From an uncultured virus (IMG/VR IMGVR_UViG_3300032295_002297) (taxonomy: Duplodnaviria; Heunggongvirae; Uroviricota; Caudoviricetes), in the IMG/VR virus record IMGVR_UViG_3300032295_002297: a stretch of DNA of 64,000 bases; one strand, given 5' to 3'. Of this stretch, positions 22,301-31,418 are shown one piece after another (positions within the stretch are counted from its first letter, which is position 1; every line of letters starts with the position of its first letter). Below the pieces are notes generated by a model. That model had not been told where the DNA came from. It saw nothing but the letters and a program-made list of their open reading frames with translations, and did no database searches. The translations under genes were made by a program, and so were the position numbers.

Positions 22301-24065
22301 ATGGACATTATCATTACCACAAAATATACATACAGGCGCAACTCCAACTTTTGCTGGATTAACTTTAACGGGAGCACAATCTATAACAGGCGGTTCGTTA
22401 ACTATAAGAGCAGCGGCAACACAAGATGGTGTTATATTAGCAGGTAGAGCAGGTGGAACGGGTGACTTTGATGTAACAATTTCTCCAACAACATTAACTG
22501 CAGATAGAACTTTAACTCTTGCTGATGGTAATACTATTTTAGTAGGAGGAACGATGGTTACAAGTGCGAGAGCAATTAACACATCGGGAGCACTTACAGG
22601 TGGTGGTGACCTTTCGGCAGATAGAACTCTTTCAATATCAGCAGGTGGTGTAACAAACGCAATGTTACAAAACTCATCAATAACAGTTTCAGCAGGAACT
22701 GGTATGAGTGGTGGTGGTGCGGTATCGTTGGGTGGTTCGGTAACATTAAACAATGCGGGTGTAACTTCAATTACAACTAACACGGGATTGAGCACCAACG
22801 CAAGTGCAACGGGTGCGGTTACTATTACTAATACGGGTGTAACATCTTTAGCGGGAACTACAAACCAAATATCAGTAAGTGCTGGAACGGGAGCTGTAAC
22901 ATTATCAACTCCTCAGAATATAAACACAACTGCGGATGTTAATTTTGGAAGTTTAAATATAAGAAATACGCGAGTTTCTACATCTCAAATAGTTCCGTTA
23001 GGACATTTTAATACATCAGAAACTGTATTTGCAATTTCACCAACATGGACTCAAACACAACTTCAAAATTACTTTAACTCATCGGCAGTAACATGGGTAG
23101 CAGATTCAACTGCACCTGGTGGGTATGCAATATCGATTGTAGGGGCCGTAAACGTTGGTGGTGTTTATAGTAGTGGATTTCCATATATAACGGTAGACTC
23201 GGATGATATTTATTATATGGAGTGTTGGATACGAAATGTATCTGGTACAAACACTCACTATATGGGTTCTATTGATTATAATGAATCATTTACATCATTA
23301 GGTGGTAACCCTGGCTCATTTGGTTATTGGGTTATGAGTAATACAAACCCTGGAACTTCTTGGACTAAAGTAACTGGATATATTACTGGGTTTGGTGCAA
23401 CGACTGGTCAATTTGTTGCGGGAACTAAATATTGGACACCTCAAGCTTTATTCAATTATACTGGTGGTGGGACTACATACATTAGTGGTTGGAAAGTAAT
23501 TAAAGTAGTTCAACAAGGTAATAGAACTATTGCCGGAACATCATTAACAATTAATGGTGCAACATCTACATTCTCATTCTCATCAGCAACAGGAGCAAAG
23601 ACAATATCTACGGGAGGTTCAACTGATTTATTCTTAAATCCAGGCGGTAACGTTAGAATTGGAACTGCAGGAACTTCAGTAGCAGCAAAACTACAAGTTG
23701 GTGGTGATATTAGAGCAACAGGTGAAGTTGTGGCATACGCAGCATCGGATAGAAGATTAAAAAATAATATCCAAAAAATAGAATCACCTTTAACAATCAT
23801 TAATAATATTTCGGGTTACACATTTGATTGGAACGAAAATCAAAAAACATATACAGGCAAAGATTACGGAGTAATTGCGCAAGAAATTGAAGAAGTAATG
23901 CCTGAATTAGTAATTACTCGTGAAAATGGTTACAAAGCAGTTAATTACGAAAAGATTATACCTTTATTGATTGAATCCATAAAAGAACAGCAAAACGCCA
24001 TCGTAGCCCAACAAACTGAAATTAAAGAGTTAAGAGAGTTAATAAACAACATTTTAAATAAGTAA
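19350..24065 (+). CDS. Tail fibre protein with Gly-X-Y region and C-terminal intramolecular chaperone (peptidase S74-type)
   Basis: C-terminal SDRRLKNNIQKI...GVIAQEIEEVMPELV...AVNYEKIIPLLIESIKE with a coiled coil. Contains about 490 aa of GSS/GTS triplets, a duplicated RAAATQDGV...TLTADRTLTLA unit, and a Trp/Tyr-rich putative binding domain at about 22980-23515. Confidence 0.85.
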   Translation: MAYKGTVSNGFNELSSSLVALYVSGSRSADFRVTSSQFYGSLSASAFIGNGAGLTNLSVDSLGDITTLKSGSTTAVISPNQGLLVNTALTVKDFLIVTGSTSIGGNLVVSGSTTLGDGIVYVGSGDLQISNNGAGGIKFNDPIEVTGNSLVTGDLRVTGTVSASFLSTTFITSSQLNVSTNLITMNTDSNTIRFGGIAVIDSGSAPYRSGSLLFDSVQDRWIYLHQAAAGATITSSILVMGPETYNSLGSETQITRNRLTKGSAGQSGEHIANSNIEDDGSTVRVNSATQVTGSFLATGNVTSNTNLVSNFSSGDEGGEISLNKPVTNTTINNGITIDVFQNRVRIFEQGGTNRGGYYDITALNSSVGTNLLTAGTSGTSGTSGTSGTSGSSGSSGSSGSSGTSGLSGTAGTSGSSGSSGSSGSSGTSGTSGSSGTSASSGTGGSSGTSGSSGSSGSSGSSGSSGSSGSSGSSGSSGSSGSSGLSGGAGSSGSSGTSGTSGLTGSSGTSGINGTSGSSGTSGSAGSSGSSGTRGTSGTSGTSATSGSSGSSGTSGSSGSTGSSGITGAGGSSGTTGTAGSGGSSGSSGSSGSSGSSGSSGTSGISGAGGSSGSSGSSGSSGTRGTSGSSGTSGTSGINGSTGSAGTAGTSGSSGSSGSSGSSGTSGTSGTSATAGSSGTSGAAGTSGSAGTSGTSGSSGTRGTSGTSGSSGSSGSSGSSGSSGSSGSSGSSGSSGSSGSSGSSGSSGTAGATGSSGSAGTSGTSGTSATSGSSGSSGSSGSSGTSATSGTGGSSGTSGTSGTSATSGTSGTSGSSGTRGTSGTSGSSGSSGSSGSSGSSGSSGSSGSSGSSGSSGSAGSSGALSLTGTTNNGLITLDVTAPNATVESNLTFDGATLTLTGDQVVRAAATQDGVRLVGRAGGTSNFRVSITPDTLTADRTLTLANGNTVLVTGTMVETGRTITINGTTNQIVSSAGAQSLASNRTWTLSLPQNIHTGATPTFAGLTLTGAQSITGGSLTIRAAATQDGVILAGRAGGTGDFDVTISPTTLTADRTLTLADGNTILVGGTMVTSARAINTSGALTGGGDLSADRTLSISAGGVTNAMLQNSSITVSAGTGMSGGGAVSLGGSVTLNNAGVTSITTNTGLSTNASATGAVTITNTGVTSLAGTTNQISVSAGTGAVTLSTPQNINTTADVNFGSLNIRNTRVSTSQIVPLGHFNTSETVFAISPTWTQTQLQNYFNSSAVTWVADSTAPGGYAISIVGAVNVGGVYSSGFPYITVDSDDIYYMECWIRNVSGTNTHYMGSIDYNESFTSLGGNPGSFGYWVMSNTNPGTSWTKVTGYITGFGATTGQFVAGTKYWTPQALFNYTGGGTTYISGWKVIKVVQQGNRTIAGTSLTINGATSTFSFSSATGAKTISTGGSTDLFLNPGGNVRIGTAGTSVAAKLQVGGDIRATGEVVAYAASDRRLKNNIQKIESPLTIINNISGYTFDWNENQKTYTGKDYGVIAQEIEEVMPELVITRENGYKAVNYEKIIPLLIESIKEQQNAIVAQQTEIKELRELINNILNK
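20472..21932 (+). repeat. Coding Gly-X-Y triplet repeat (GSS/GTS), ~490 aa
   Basis: Seen directly in the translation. Confidence 0.95.
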
Positions 24066-24112
24066 TACTTATCTAAGTGGTGTTAATATTGAATAATAAA
24101 GTTTAAAATACA

Positions 24113-24361
24113 ATGGGTTTAATTCCTGCTACCGGTTCGGAAATTGCTATGGGGAAGGTATATAGGGCATTCGGTCTATCGGCTGGATATCCACCTGCGG
24201 CTAATACGAACATTGGATTAAACTCAACTCCATCGGGTGGTGGAACTTCAATTGGACAAAACCGAAATTTAGGGTTAGACCAACCTAATTTAACTATAGG
24301 TGCTGAATCTGAATTGAGTATAAAATTTGGAGGTATTACAACACCGCAAGATTATCCATAA
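24113..24361 (+). CDS. Small hypothetical protein following the S74 fibre
   Basis: 82-aa ORF with an A-rich leader, co-oriented with neighbours. Confidence 0.6.
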   Translation: MGLIPATGSEIAMGKVYRAFGLSAGYPPAANTNIGLNSTPSGGGTSIGQNRNLGLDQPNLTIGAESELSIKFGGITTPQDYP

Positions 24362-24365
24362 AATG

Positions 24366-24397
24366 TTTGGTAATATCAAGTATTTTTCGTATATTTG
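24366..24397 (+). promoter_or_regulatory. Bacteroidota-type housekeeping promoter (-33 TTTG / -7 TAnnTTTG)
   Basis: TTTG 24366-24369, a 20-nt spacer, then TATATTTG 24390-24397, directly before ATG 24413. Confidence 0.7.
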
Positions 24398-24412
24398 TAA
24401 AAATGTTTTGTT

Positions 24413-24859
24413 ATGCAATTTGGTTACAAAGACTACTTATCAGAGTATGAATTAAAAAACATAGTTTGGATAGGTATTGAATATGATAAGGAAAAATTAA
24501 TTAAGTTCGTTACTAGATACGAACAATTAAAATCAATTTCCAAAACCAACTCTTCTAAAGAGGAAATTCGTATAATGGATGATATTTTAAAATCACATAA
24601 TACGGATAATCTTCAAAAACTCTTACAAAACGATTTAGAATATAGTAGATGGGCTACTATAGAAAGGTTAGCAAGAAAAGCATCATCTGAAGTTCTTTTA
24701 GATGGTAGATATTCCAACGATACATTTCAAACTATAAGTAACCTACCAATAGTAGATTACAAATTAATAATTAGACGTTCAAAAGAACTTATTAAGATTA
24801 TTAATGATACGATTGCTGAAGCTGAAATGGATACTTCTAAAATACCTGGCGTAAAATGA
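24413..24859 (+). CDS. Hypothetical protein
   Basis: 148-aa ORF with an ATGA overlap into the next gene. Confidence 0.7.
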   Translation: MQFGYKDYLSEYELKNIVWIGIEYDKEKLIKFVTRYEQLKSISKTNSSKEEIRIMDDILKSHNTDNLQKLLQNDLEYSRWATIERLARKASSEVLLDGRYSNDTFQTISNLPIVDYKLIIRRSKELIKIINDTIAEAEMDTSKIPGVK

Positions 24860-25569
24860 GTATCTACAAAAACACTATATGGGGAGGGTTACCAACATCG
24901 GTAGCAATACTAGTTCCAACTAAAGATACTGTATATTCTCATTTTTCATATTCATTAAGTAATTTGGTAAAAGTAACTACACAAATGGGAATTGAAACTC
25001 ATTTGTTTTTTGATGCCTCAACTATTTTGATAAATCAAAGAGAATCTTTAATCAAGCAAGCAATAGAAGTTGGTGCTGAATGGGTTCTTTGGCTAGATAG
25101 CGATATGATGTTTCCACCAACCACTTTATTAAGGTTATTAGGGCATAATCAAAACATTGTGGGGTGTAACTATATGAAAAGAGCTTACCCCTTTAAATCG
25201 GTTGCATATACCGATGCAAGCGATTGGGAAAGTTGGATACCTATTCAGTATTCGGATGAATTAGTAGATGCTGAAGCTTCAGGTATGGGATGTGTATTGA
25301 TGCGAACTGAAATATTTCAAAAACTGCAAAAACCATACTTTGAATATACCTATCAGCCAAAAACTGAAGATTGGGGAGGTGAGGATTTTACTCTTTTTAA
25401 GAAATTGAACAAATTGGGATACCAATTAAAAATTGATATGAATCTAAGTAATGAAATTCACCATATTGGAACATTTGCATATGGTAGAAGTGTATCTACT
25501 AATGGTGTTAAGAAAAAAGAGTGGAATTCTAAGGTAAACAAGAAAAAAGATTTGGATAAATCAGAATAA
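24856..25569 (+). CDS. GT-A fold (GT2-like) glycosyltransferase
   Basis: VAILVPT start, WLDSDMMF DxD motif, GMGCVLM, GEDFTLF, terminal HIG. Confidence 0.75.
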   Translation: MSIYKNTIWGGLPTSVAILVPTKDTVYSHFSYSLSNLVKVTTQMGIETHLFFDASTILINQRESLIKQAIEVGAEWVLWLDSDMMFPPTTLLRLLGHNQNIVGCNYMKRAYPFKSVAYTDASDWESWIPIQYSDELVDAEASGMGCVLMRTEIFQKLQKPYFEYTYQPKTEDWGGEDFTLFKKLNKLGYQLKIDMNLSNEIHHIGTFAYGRSVSTNGVKKKEWNSKVNKKKDLDKSE

Positions 25570-25582
25570 TTTCGTATCTTTA
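25551..25582 (+). promoter_or_regulatory. Bacteroidota-type promoter (near consensus)
   Basis: TTTG 25551-25554, a 20-nt spacer, then TATCTTTA 25575-25582, before ATG 25596. Confidence 0.55.
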
Positions 25583-25595
25583 ACAATTATATTGT

Positions 25596-26321
25596 ATGAT
25601 AACTGACCAATTCTACATAGAAAACTTTATAACAACAAATGAAGGTGTAGATATACCTTATAGATGGACTCATGGGGCTACTAAAGAGCATATGGGTGAT
25701 GGATTATTAGTATATTCTATCATTCAACATATGAGAGCAAAAGTATGTGTGTGTATTGGAAGTGGTGGTGGATTTATACCACGAATTATGACGCAAGCCC
25801 GAATGGATTTGTGGGAACAAAAAATATTTGAAGGAAACAACGATAAAAATTGGGGAGATATTGGTGCAACTTATGTTGTTGATGCTTGTAATGGTATTGG
25901 TGGTAAATCTGATATAGAAGATGAGAGTTCTCTTTTTAGAAGTGCCTTTCACCCACGTTTTATAAAAGAAACATCTGAAAAAGCATATTATGATTTTTTT
26001 GTAAAGCAAGATATTAAAATAGATGTTCTTTTTATTGATGGTGACCACTCATATGAAGGAGTTAAGTTGGATTTTGATTTATATTCAACGATACTCTCAG
26101 ATAAAGGTATTATAATGATACATGATACCGATGAATCTTATGAAAACGAATTAATTGTATCTGAAGATTCAAAAAAACATTGGGATAAATTTGATGGACC
26201 TGCTAAGTTGATAAAAGAATTAGGTGATAGTAAAGATTGGAATATAATAAATCTTTTCAATCACAAAATACTACCTACTAAACCTTCATCTACTGGTATA
26301 ACTTTATTGAATAGAAAATGA
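25596..26321 (+). CDS. Class I SAM-dependent methyltransferase (Methyltransf_24-like)
   Basis: VCIGSGGG motif I and IDVLFIDGDHSYEGVKLDF...GIIMIHD. Confidence 0.8.
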   Translation: MITDQFYIENFITTNEGVDIPYRWTHGATKEHMGDGLLVYSIIQHMRAKVCVCIGSGGGFIPRIMTQARMDLWEQKIFEGNNDKNWGDIGATYVVDACNGIGGKSDIEDESSLFRSAFHPRFIKETSEKAYYDFFVKQDIKIDVLFIDGDHSYEGVKLDFDLYSTILSDKGIIMIHDTDESYENELIVSEDSKKHWDKFDGPAKLIKELGDSKDWNIINLFNHKILPTKPSSTGITLLNRK

Positions 26322-27169
26322 TAAGATTAGTTACTGTTATTGGACATGGTGTGGAGTTATTACCACATTTTATTTCTCATTATACAAAATATGTAGATGA
26401 GATTTGTATTGTCACTTATAATTCTGATTTACATCCAAATATAGATGATGAGGTTAGAGCTATAACCGATAATTTATTTAATGTTAAGATTGTAGGAACA
26501 ACAAGGCATAGGATATTTGATTGGGAGGAGGTTACTAAATTATATAATCAGGCAACTTCTAAATATGGAGATGATTGGTGGGTAATCGCAGATATTGATG
26601 AATTCCATTTATATCCAAAAGATAATCTTAAGGATATGATTAGCGATTGTGAAAGAAATGGTTGGGATGTGGTTAGAGGTGGCTTTATTGATAGAGTTGG
26701 TAAGGATGGAACATTCCCTCATATAACGGATGAGTTTATATTTAAACAATTCCCTATGATGGGATTTTTTAGACATCCAATGAGTGGAGCTTGTCCTAAT
26801 AAGATTTGTGTAAAGAAGGGTTATGTAAAAATAACACCCGGTCAACACTACGCTGAATTTGATGGGCATACTACTTGGAGATGGCAAGGTTGGAATCATC
26901 CATTGATAGCACCTATTGATACATATTCAGTTCAGGTTCATCACTTTAAATGGGATGCTAGTTGTATTGAAAGAGTGAAAGCAGTAGCCGATATTGAACA
27001 AGAATATGCTTACTCAGATGAGTATAAAAAACTCTATGAAGAATTACGAAAATCTAAATTTTTGATAGATATATATAAGAATGAATTTATGTTTGAAAAC
27101 TCAGCAATAGCTGAATTTCGCAGATATAGAGGTTGGAATAAGTTAATAAAAAAAATAGTATCGTTATGA
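26318..27169 (+). CDS. GT2-like glycosyltransferase (Glyco_tranf_2_4-like)
   Basis: LLPHFISHY...WWVIADIDEF DxD motif; GQHY and VHHFKW motifs. Confidence 0.7.
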   Translation: MIRLVTVIGHGVELLPHFISHYTKYVDEICIVTYNSDLHPNIDDEVRAITDNLFNVKIVGTTRHRIFDWEEVTKLYNQATSKYGDDWWVIADIDEFHLYPKDNLKDMISDCERNGWDVVRGGFIDRVGKDGTFPHITDEFIFKQFPMMGFFRHPMSGACPNKICVKKGYVKITPGQHYAEFDGHTTWRWQGWNHPLIAPIDTYSVQVHHFKWDASCIERVKAVADIEQEYAYSDEYKKLYEELRKSKFLIDIYKNEFMFENSAIAEFRRYRGWNKLIKKIVSL

Positions 27170-27342
27170 CAGAAGAAGAAATGTTATTAGAACAAAGAAA
27201 AGTTAAAGCGTTAGAAAAAATTGCTAACTCTTTAGATGCACTTACCATCTGGTTTGAAGAAATCGATAAGGATGAGTGGAGTGAAAGAATTCAGTATTAT
27301 ATGTATGAGTGGCACAAAACATTCAAAAATACTGAAGAGTAA
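27166..27342 (+). CDS. Small hypothetical protein (58 aa), not in the ORF track
   Basis: ATG 27166 overlaps the upstream TGA. Translation is MTEEEMLLEQRKVKALEKIANSLDALTIWFEEIDKDEWSERIQYYMYEWHKTFKNTEE, ending TAA 27340-27342. It fills the gap exactly. Confidence 0.7.
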   Translation: MTEEEMLLEQRKVKALEKIANSLDALTIWFEEIDKDEWSERIQYYMYEWHKTFKNTEE

Positions 27343-27348
27343 TAAGTT

Positions 27349-28767
27349 ATGGCTAAATTAGGTGTAATAGTTCCCTATAGAGATAGGTATAACCATTTGC
27401 TTAGTTTCAAAAAAAGTATTACAAAACATTTAAACGCAGCCGGTATTGAGTTCGAACTAATTGTAGTGGAACAAGATGGTGGAACTGCATTTAATAGAGG
27501 TAAACTTCTAAACATCGGTTTCTTAACCGCTGAGAAACTAAATTGTGATTATGTTGTATTTCACGATATAGATATGTTGCCGGTAGAGGTTGATTACAGC
27601 TTTTCATCGGTGCCATTACACCTAGCCACAAACTTCGTATCTGATTCAAAAACTAAAAGAACACTATTCGATGAATACTTCGGAGGTGTTACCTTATTTC
27701 CGGTTGATTTGTTTAGACGTATAAACGGATATTCAAATAACTATTGGGGTTGGGGATTTGAAGATGATGATTTACTCTACCGTTGTAAGTTGAACGGAAT
27801 TCCTTTAGAAAAGAAAGAAATAAAAAACATTGGTGGTAATACGGCAGCATTAAAGTTTAATGGTAACAATGCGTATGTTAAAGGTAAGAATGTAATTAAT
27901 GTTAGGAGACCTTTAACCATATTTGTTTCTTTCTCACCAAATGAAACTGTTTTAAACTACAAAAAGGATAAAGATATTTATGGTGTGGTTGGCATACCTG
28001 GTTATGATTTATTGATATCATATAGTTCTTATAAGAGATACAACTTTGAAATCTTTGATAATGAGAATGAAGTAATATACATAAGCACGGATATTAAACC
28101 TCACTATAAAACAAACGTAGCTATAACAATCGACCCAACTAAGAAACATATTATTATGTATCAGGATGGTGAATTTGTTAAACGATTGATGTATAAAACT
28201 CCTTTATACAATTATATCAGAGAACCATATTTTTATTTAGGTTGTGCAGACCCATTAAGAACTGATGATGAGAAGATGTTCAATGGGTTAATCAACTCAG
28301 TAGCAATTTACGATGAGGCTTTAGAGCCCGATGAAATATTTGATATTAGTAATAACAAATACTTTGGGTTAACTCAAAACTTTAAAGATTATAAATCAGC
28401 ACATAAATTAAAATTATATTATGATGCTAAATTCATTAAAGATTACAAACTGATAGATTTGAGTGGTAGAGGTAATGATGGTGAAATTGTAAATTGTGAA
28501 ATGGTTGGATACGATATTGAAGATAGTAAATTAATAGAAGTTCCCTTCAGAAGAGAATGCACTTTTAAGTTACTAGCGCATGATGAGAATGGATATACCA
28601 ATAATGAATGGAGAGAAAAAACAACTAGATACAATCAACTTAAATTTCAAAACGAAGTAAGTAAAGGACATATTAATACAAACGAAGAAGGGTTAAGTAA
28701 TTGCCACTTTACCGAACACTCGAGAACAAAAGTTAATAATCAAACACATATTATAGTAGGCTTATGA
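27349..28767 (+). CDS. GT7 (beta-1,4-galactosyltransferase-like) with inserted LamG/ConA-like domain
   Basis: IVPYRDR, FNRGKLLNIG, FHDIDMLP, YFGGV and NGYSNNYWGWGFEDDD are GT7 motifs. A LamG-like segment runs LKFNG...DLSGRGNDG. Confidence 0.85.
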   Translation: MAKLGVIVPYRDRYNHLLSFKKSITKHLNAAGIEFELIVVEQDGGTAFNRGKLLNIGFLTAEKLNCDYVVFHDIDMLPVEVDYSFSSVPLHLATNFVSDSKTKRTLFDEYFGGVTLFPVDLFRRINGYSNNYWGWGFEDDDLLYRCKLNGIPLEKKEIKNIGGNTAALKFNGNNAYVKGKNVINVRRPLTIFVSFSPNETVLNYKKDKDIYGVVGIPGYDLLISYSSYKRYNFEIFDNENEVIYISTDIKPHYKTNVAITIDPTKKHIIMYQDGEFVKRLMYKTPLYNYIREPYFYLGCADPLRTDDEKMFNGLINSVAIYDEALEPDEIFDISNNKYFGLTQNFKDYKSAHKLKLYYDAKFIKDYKLIDLSGRGNDGEIVNCEMVGYDIEDSKLIEVPFRRECTFKLLAHDENGYTNNEWREKTTRYNQLKFQNEVSKGHINTNEEGLSNCHFTEHSRTKVNNQTHIIVGL

Positions 28768-30182
28768 GTCACAAGTTAGGCATATGTATTCCTTATAGAA
28801 ACAGACAAAAACATTTGGATGAATTAATTCCTGCATTAACGGAACATCTAAATAAGAAAGGAATTGAACATGCTTTTTATATAGCACATCAAACGGATGA
28901 TAAGTTATTTAATAGAGGTGCTATGAAGAACATAGCAGCTAAACACGCATTTGAAGATGGGTGTGATTACATAGCTTGGCATGATGTTGATATGATTCCA
29001 TCGGATGATTGTGATTATAGTTATCCCGAAGAAACACCAATTCATATAGCAACTAAACTTTCAAAGTATAATTATGGGATGTCTTATCCCGAATACTTTG
29101 GTGGTGTTATTCTTTTTACAAAAGAGCAAGTAGAAAAAACCAATGGTTACTCAAATGATTATTGGGATTGGGGAATGGAAGATGATGATTTGTTTTGGAG
29201 ATGTCAATTGGAAGGTTATGTAAATACTGAATATTTGGATGTTGAAATGGATGACCATAGATATATTAACTTCAATGGATTTAGTTCAGCAGTTGTTATT
29301 CAGTATCATCAAAAATTAAGAAGTTTAACAAGTAATACACATACTATATCAGTATTAGTTAGAGCAGAACATGACCCTAACAAAGCTCCTATATATTTGA
29401 TTGGAGATAAATCTAAACAATATGTAGAGTATCCAATCTTCAGAATACCTGGTTACGATTATGGGTTATCTTTTAATAATAGTAGAGCTCTTTCATTTCA
29501 ATTTTGGACTAATAGAGATACTCACAATTATATGTGGGCTAAACGATATGAAAACCAATGGACTTGGATTACCGCAACTATAGATGATGAAACTAAAACC
29601 GCGAGATTATTTTTAAATGGTGATGAGGTGGATGAAAGTATTGGTAATGGAAGTAAATCTCCAATTAACTATGAAGGTAGATTAAGGAACTATGGTTCTA
29701 AACATCTTTACATAGGAGCAACTCCAACATCACCATACGATGATGTATCTCTATTCTTTAAAGGAGATATAGCTAAGGTTTATGTTTGGGATAATATATT
29801 AACTGATGAGCAAATTAAAAATATACATAAAGAAGTTCCAACGGAAGGAGCTAAAGTTAAATTAGATTTTAACAAAGGAACTAATACAGATACATTTGTG
29901 TTAGATGCACCTTATGTTAATGGTGATATAAAAATACCTAAATATACATTACCATATAGAAGAGAAGGTAGGTTCGAATGTTTGGCTCATAAAGATGAGG
30001 GATTAGTAAAAGGTAAGTGGGTTAAGGGAGAAACAACTGCAAGAAACGAACAACGATATATAACTGAAATGCAGCAAGGTAAGATAGATTACAAAGCAGA
30101 TGGAATGAGTTCATTGGTTTATGAACTCGTTAATATAGAAGATATTGCGGATAACGCCAAATTAATAAATGTTACATTATAA
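28764..30182 (+). CDS. GT7 paralog with inserted LamG/ConA-like domain
   Basis: IPYRNR, FNRGAMKN, WHDVDM, YFGGV, NGYSNDYWDWGMEDDD. LamG segment QWTWITAT...LFLNG...LYIGA...FKGDIAKVYVWD. Confidence 0.85.
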   Translation: MSHKLGICIPYRNRQKHLDELIPALTEHLNKKGIEHAFYIAHQTDDKLFNRGAMKNIAAKHAFEDGCDYIAWHDVDMIPSDDCDYSYPEETPIHIATKLSKYNYGMSYPEYFGGVILFTKEQVEKTNGYSNDYWDWGMEDDDLFWRCQLEGYVNTEYLDVEMDDHRYINFNGFSSAVVIQYHQKLRSLTSNTHTISVLVRAEHDPNKAPIYLIGDKSKQYVEYPIFRIPGYDYGLSFNNSRALSFQFWTNRDTHNYMWAKRYENQWTWITATIDDETKTARLFLNGDEVDESIGNGSKSPINYEGRLRNYGSKHLYIGATPTSPYDDVSLFFKGDIAKVYVWDNILTDEQIKNIHKEVPTEGAKVKLDFNKGTNTDTFVLDAPYVNGDIKIPKYTLPYRREGRFECLAHKDEGLVKGKWVKGETTARNEQRYITEMQQGKIDYKADGMSSLVYELVNIEDIADNAKLINVTL

Positions 30183-31417
30183 TGAGTTGTAATAACGATA
30201 CAATATGTATATTACCTTTCATACACTTATACACTCAGCCCGATGGCGAAGTTAAACCATGTTGTATAGCCGGTGGATTTGATAATAAGCAATCCCTAAG
30301 AAATTCTACAATTGAAGAGATATTTAACTCGGATGAATATAAACAATTACGCTATGATATGTTAGAGGGTAAACGAAATAAAGTATGTGATATTTGTTAT
30401 TCTAAAGAAGATAGAGGTGAATCATCACCACGTCAAATGTTTAATTCAAACACATTATGGACTATGCCAGATGTTGGTATAGATAATTCAGTTCCATTGG
30501 AATTTCAACACATAGATATTCGTTTTTCAAATCTATGTAATTTTAAATGTAGAATGTGTAATCATAGTTTTTCATCTAATTGGTATGAGGATGCTAAAAA
30601 AATAGAACATGGTGGTTGGTTTCCGTTTCTATCAGGTGAAGATACCAAAGTATTAAAAGCTAGTAAAACTATTGTTGAAGATATAATTCCATATTTGGGA
30701 AAGATAAAAAGTTTTTACTTTGCAGGTGGTGAACCATTAATTACACCGGAACATTACAAACTATTAAAATGGTTATATGAAAATGTAGAAGAAGAGGAAA
30801 CTGATAGAGGTATTCATAAGGCATTATCTATACATTATAATACAAACTTATCTACAATTAGATATGATGAAGATGAATTGATAAATTATTGGAAATCATT
30901 CAGAAAAGTTCAATTGGCTATTTCGTGTGATGGTGTGTTTGAAGTAGGTGAATATCAAAGGACTGGATTTAAACATACTACCTTTGTAAAAAATATGGAA
31001 GAAATATTAAACCACGCAACACCGGTATCTCAAAATGGTATATCGGATGGGTTTAGTTATAGTTTTCAATATACAACAACTATTTTTAACGTTGAACACA
31101 TATTTGATTTTATTGATTTTATGATTGATGAGGGTTATATCCAATCAACCGAAACAATTGATTTCTTTTATGCTTGGTCACCGGAATGGTCATCAATTAA
31201 TAATTTATCAGAAAAGGATAAGAATAGAATATCTAAATTATTTGAAAGAAAAATAAAAAAGATGGAATCTGAAAAAACAAAAACTCAGTTAACATCAATA
31301 CTAAATTATATGAATACCCCATCCAATTATTCATTGGGTGATATGAAAGATATGATTGAAAAGTTAGATAAGTTGAATAATACGGATTACAAAACGATTT
31401 GCAAAATAGAGTTATAA
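30182..31417 (+). CDS. Radical SAM protein with N-terminal twitch/SPASM-like Cys cluster
   Basis: CNFKCRMC and FAGGEP. N-terminal CILPF...KPCC...CDIC. Confidence 0.85.
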   Translation: MSCNNDTICILPFIHLYTQPDGEVKPCCIAGGFDNKQSLRNSTIEEIFNSDEYKQLRYDMLEGKRNKVCDICYSKEDRGESSPRQMFNSNTLWTMPDVGIDNSVPLEFQHIDIRFSNLCNFKCRMCNHSFSSNWYEDAKKIEHGGWFPFLSGEDTKVLKASKTIVEDIIPYLGKIKSFYFAGGEPLITPEHYKLLKWLYENVEEEETDRGIHKALSIHYNTNLSTIRYDEDELINYWKSFRKVQLAISCDGVFEVGEYQRTGFKHTTFVKNMEEILNHATPVSQNGISDGFSYSFQYTTTIFNVEHIFDFIDFMIDEGYIQSTETIDFFYAWSPEWSSINNLSEKDKNRISKLFERKIKKMESEKTKTQLTSILNYMNTPSNYSLGDMKDMIEKLDKLNNTDYKTICKIEL

Positions 31418-31418
31418 T

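Noticed and set aside
20420..22798. 792-aa minus-strand Pro/Leu-rich ORF
   Set aside because: Antisense shadow of the second Gly-X-Y fibre, with no independent signals.
16800..24065. Diversity-generating retroelement targeting fibre tips
   Set aside because: No reverse transcriptase in the window, and I saw no template/variable repeat pair differing at adenines.
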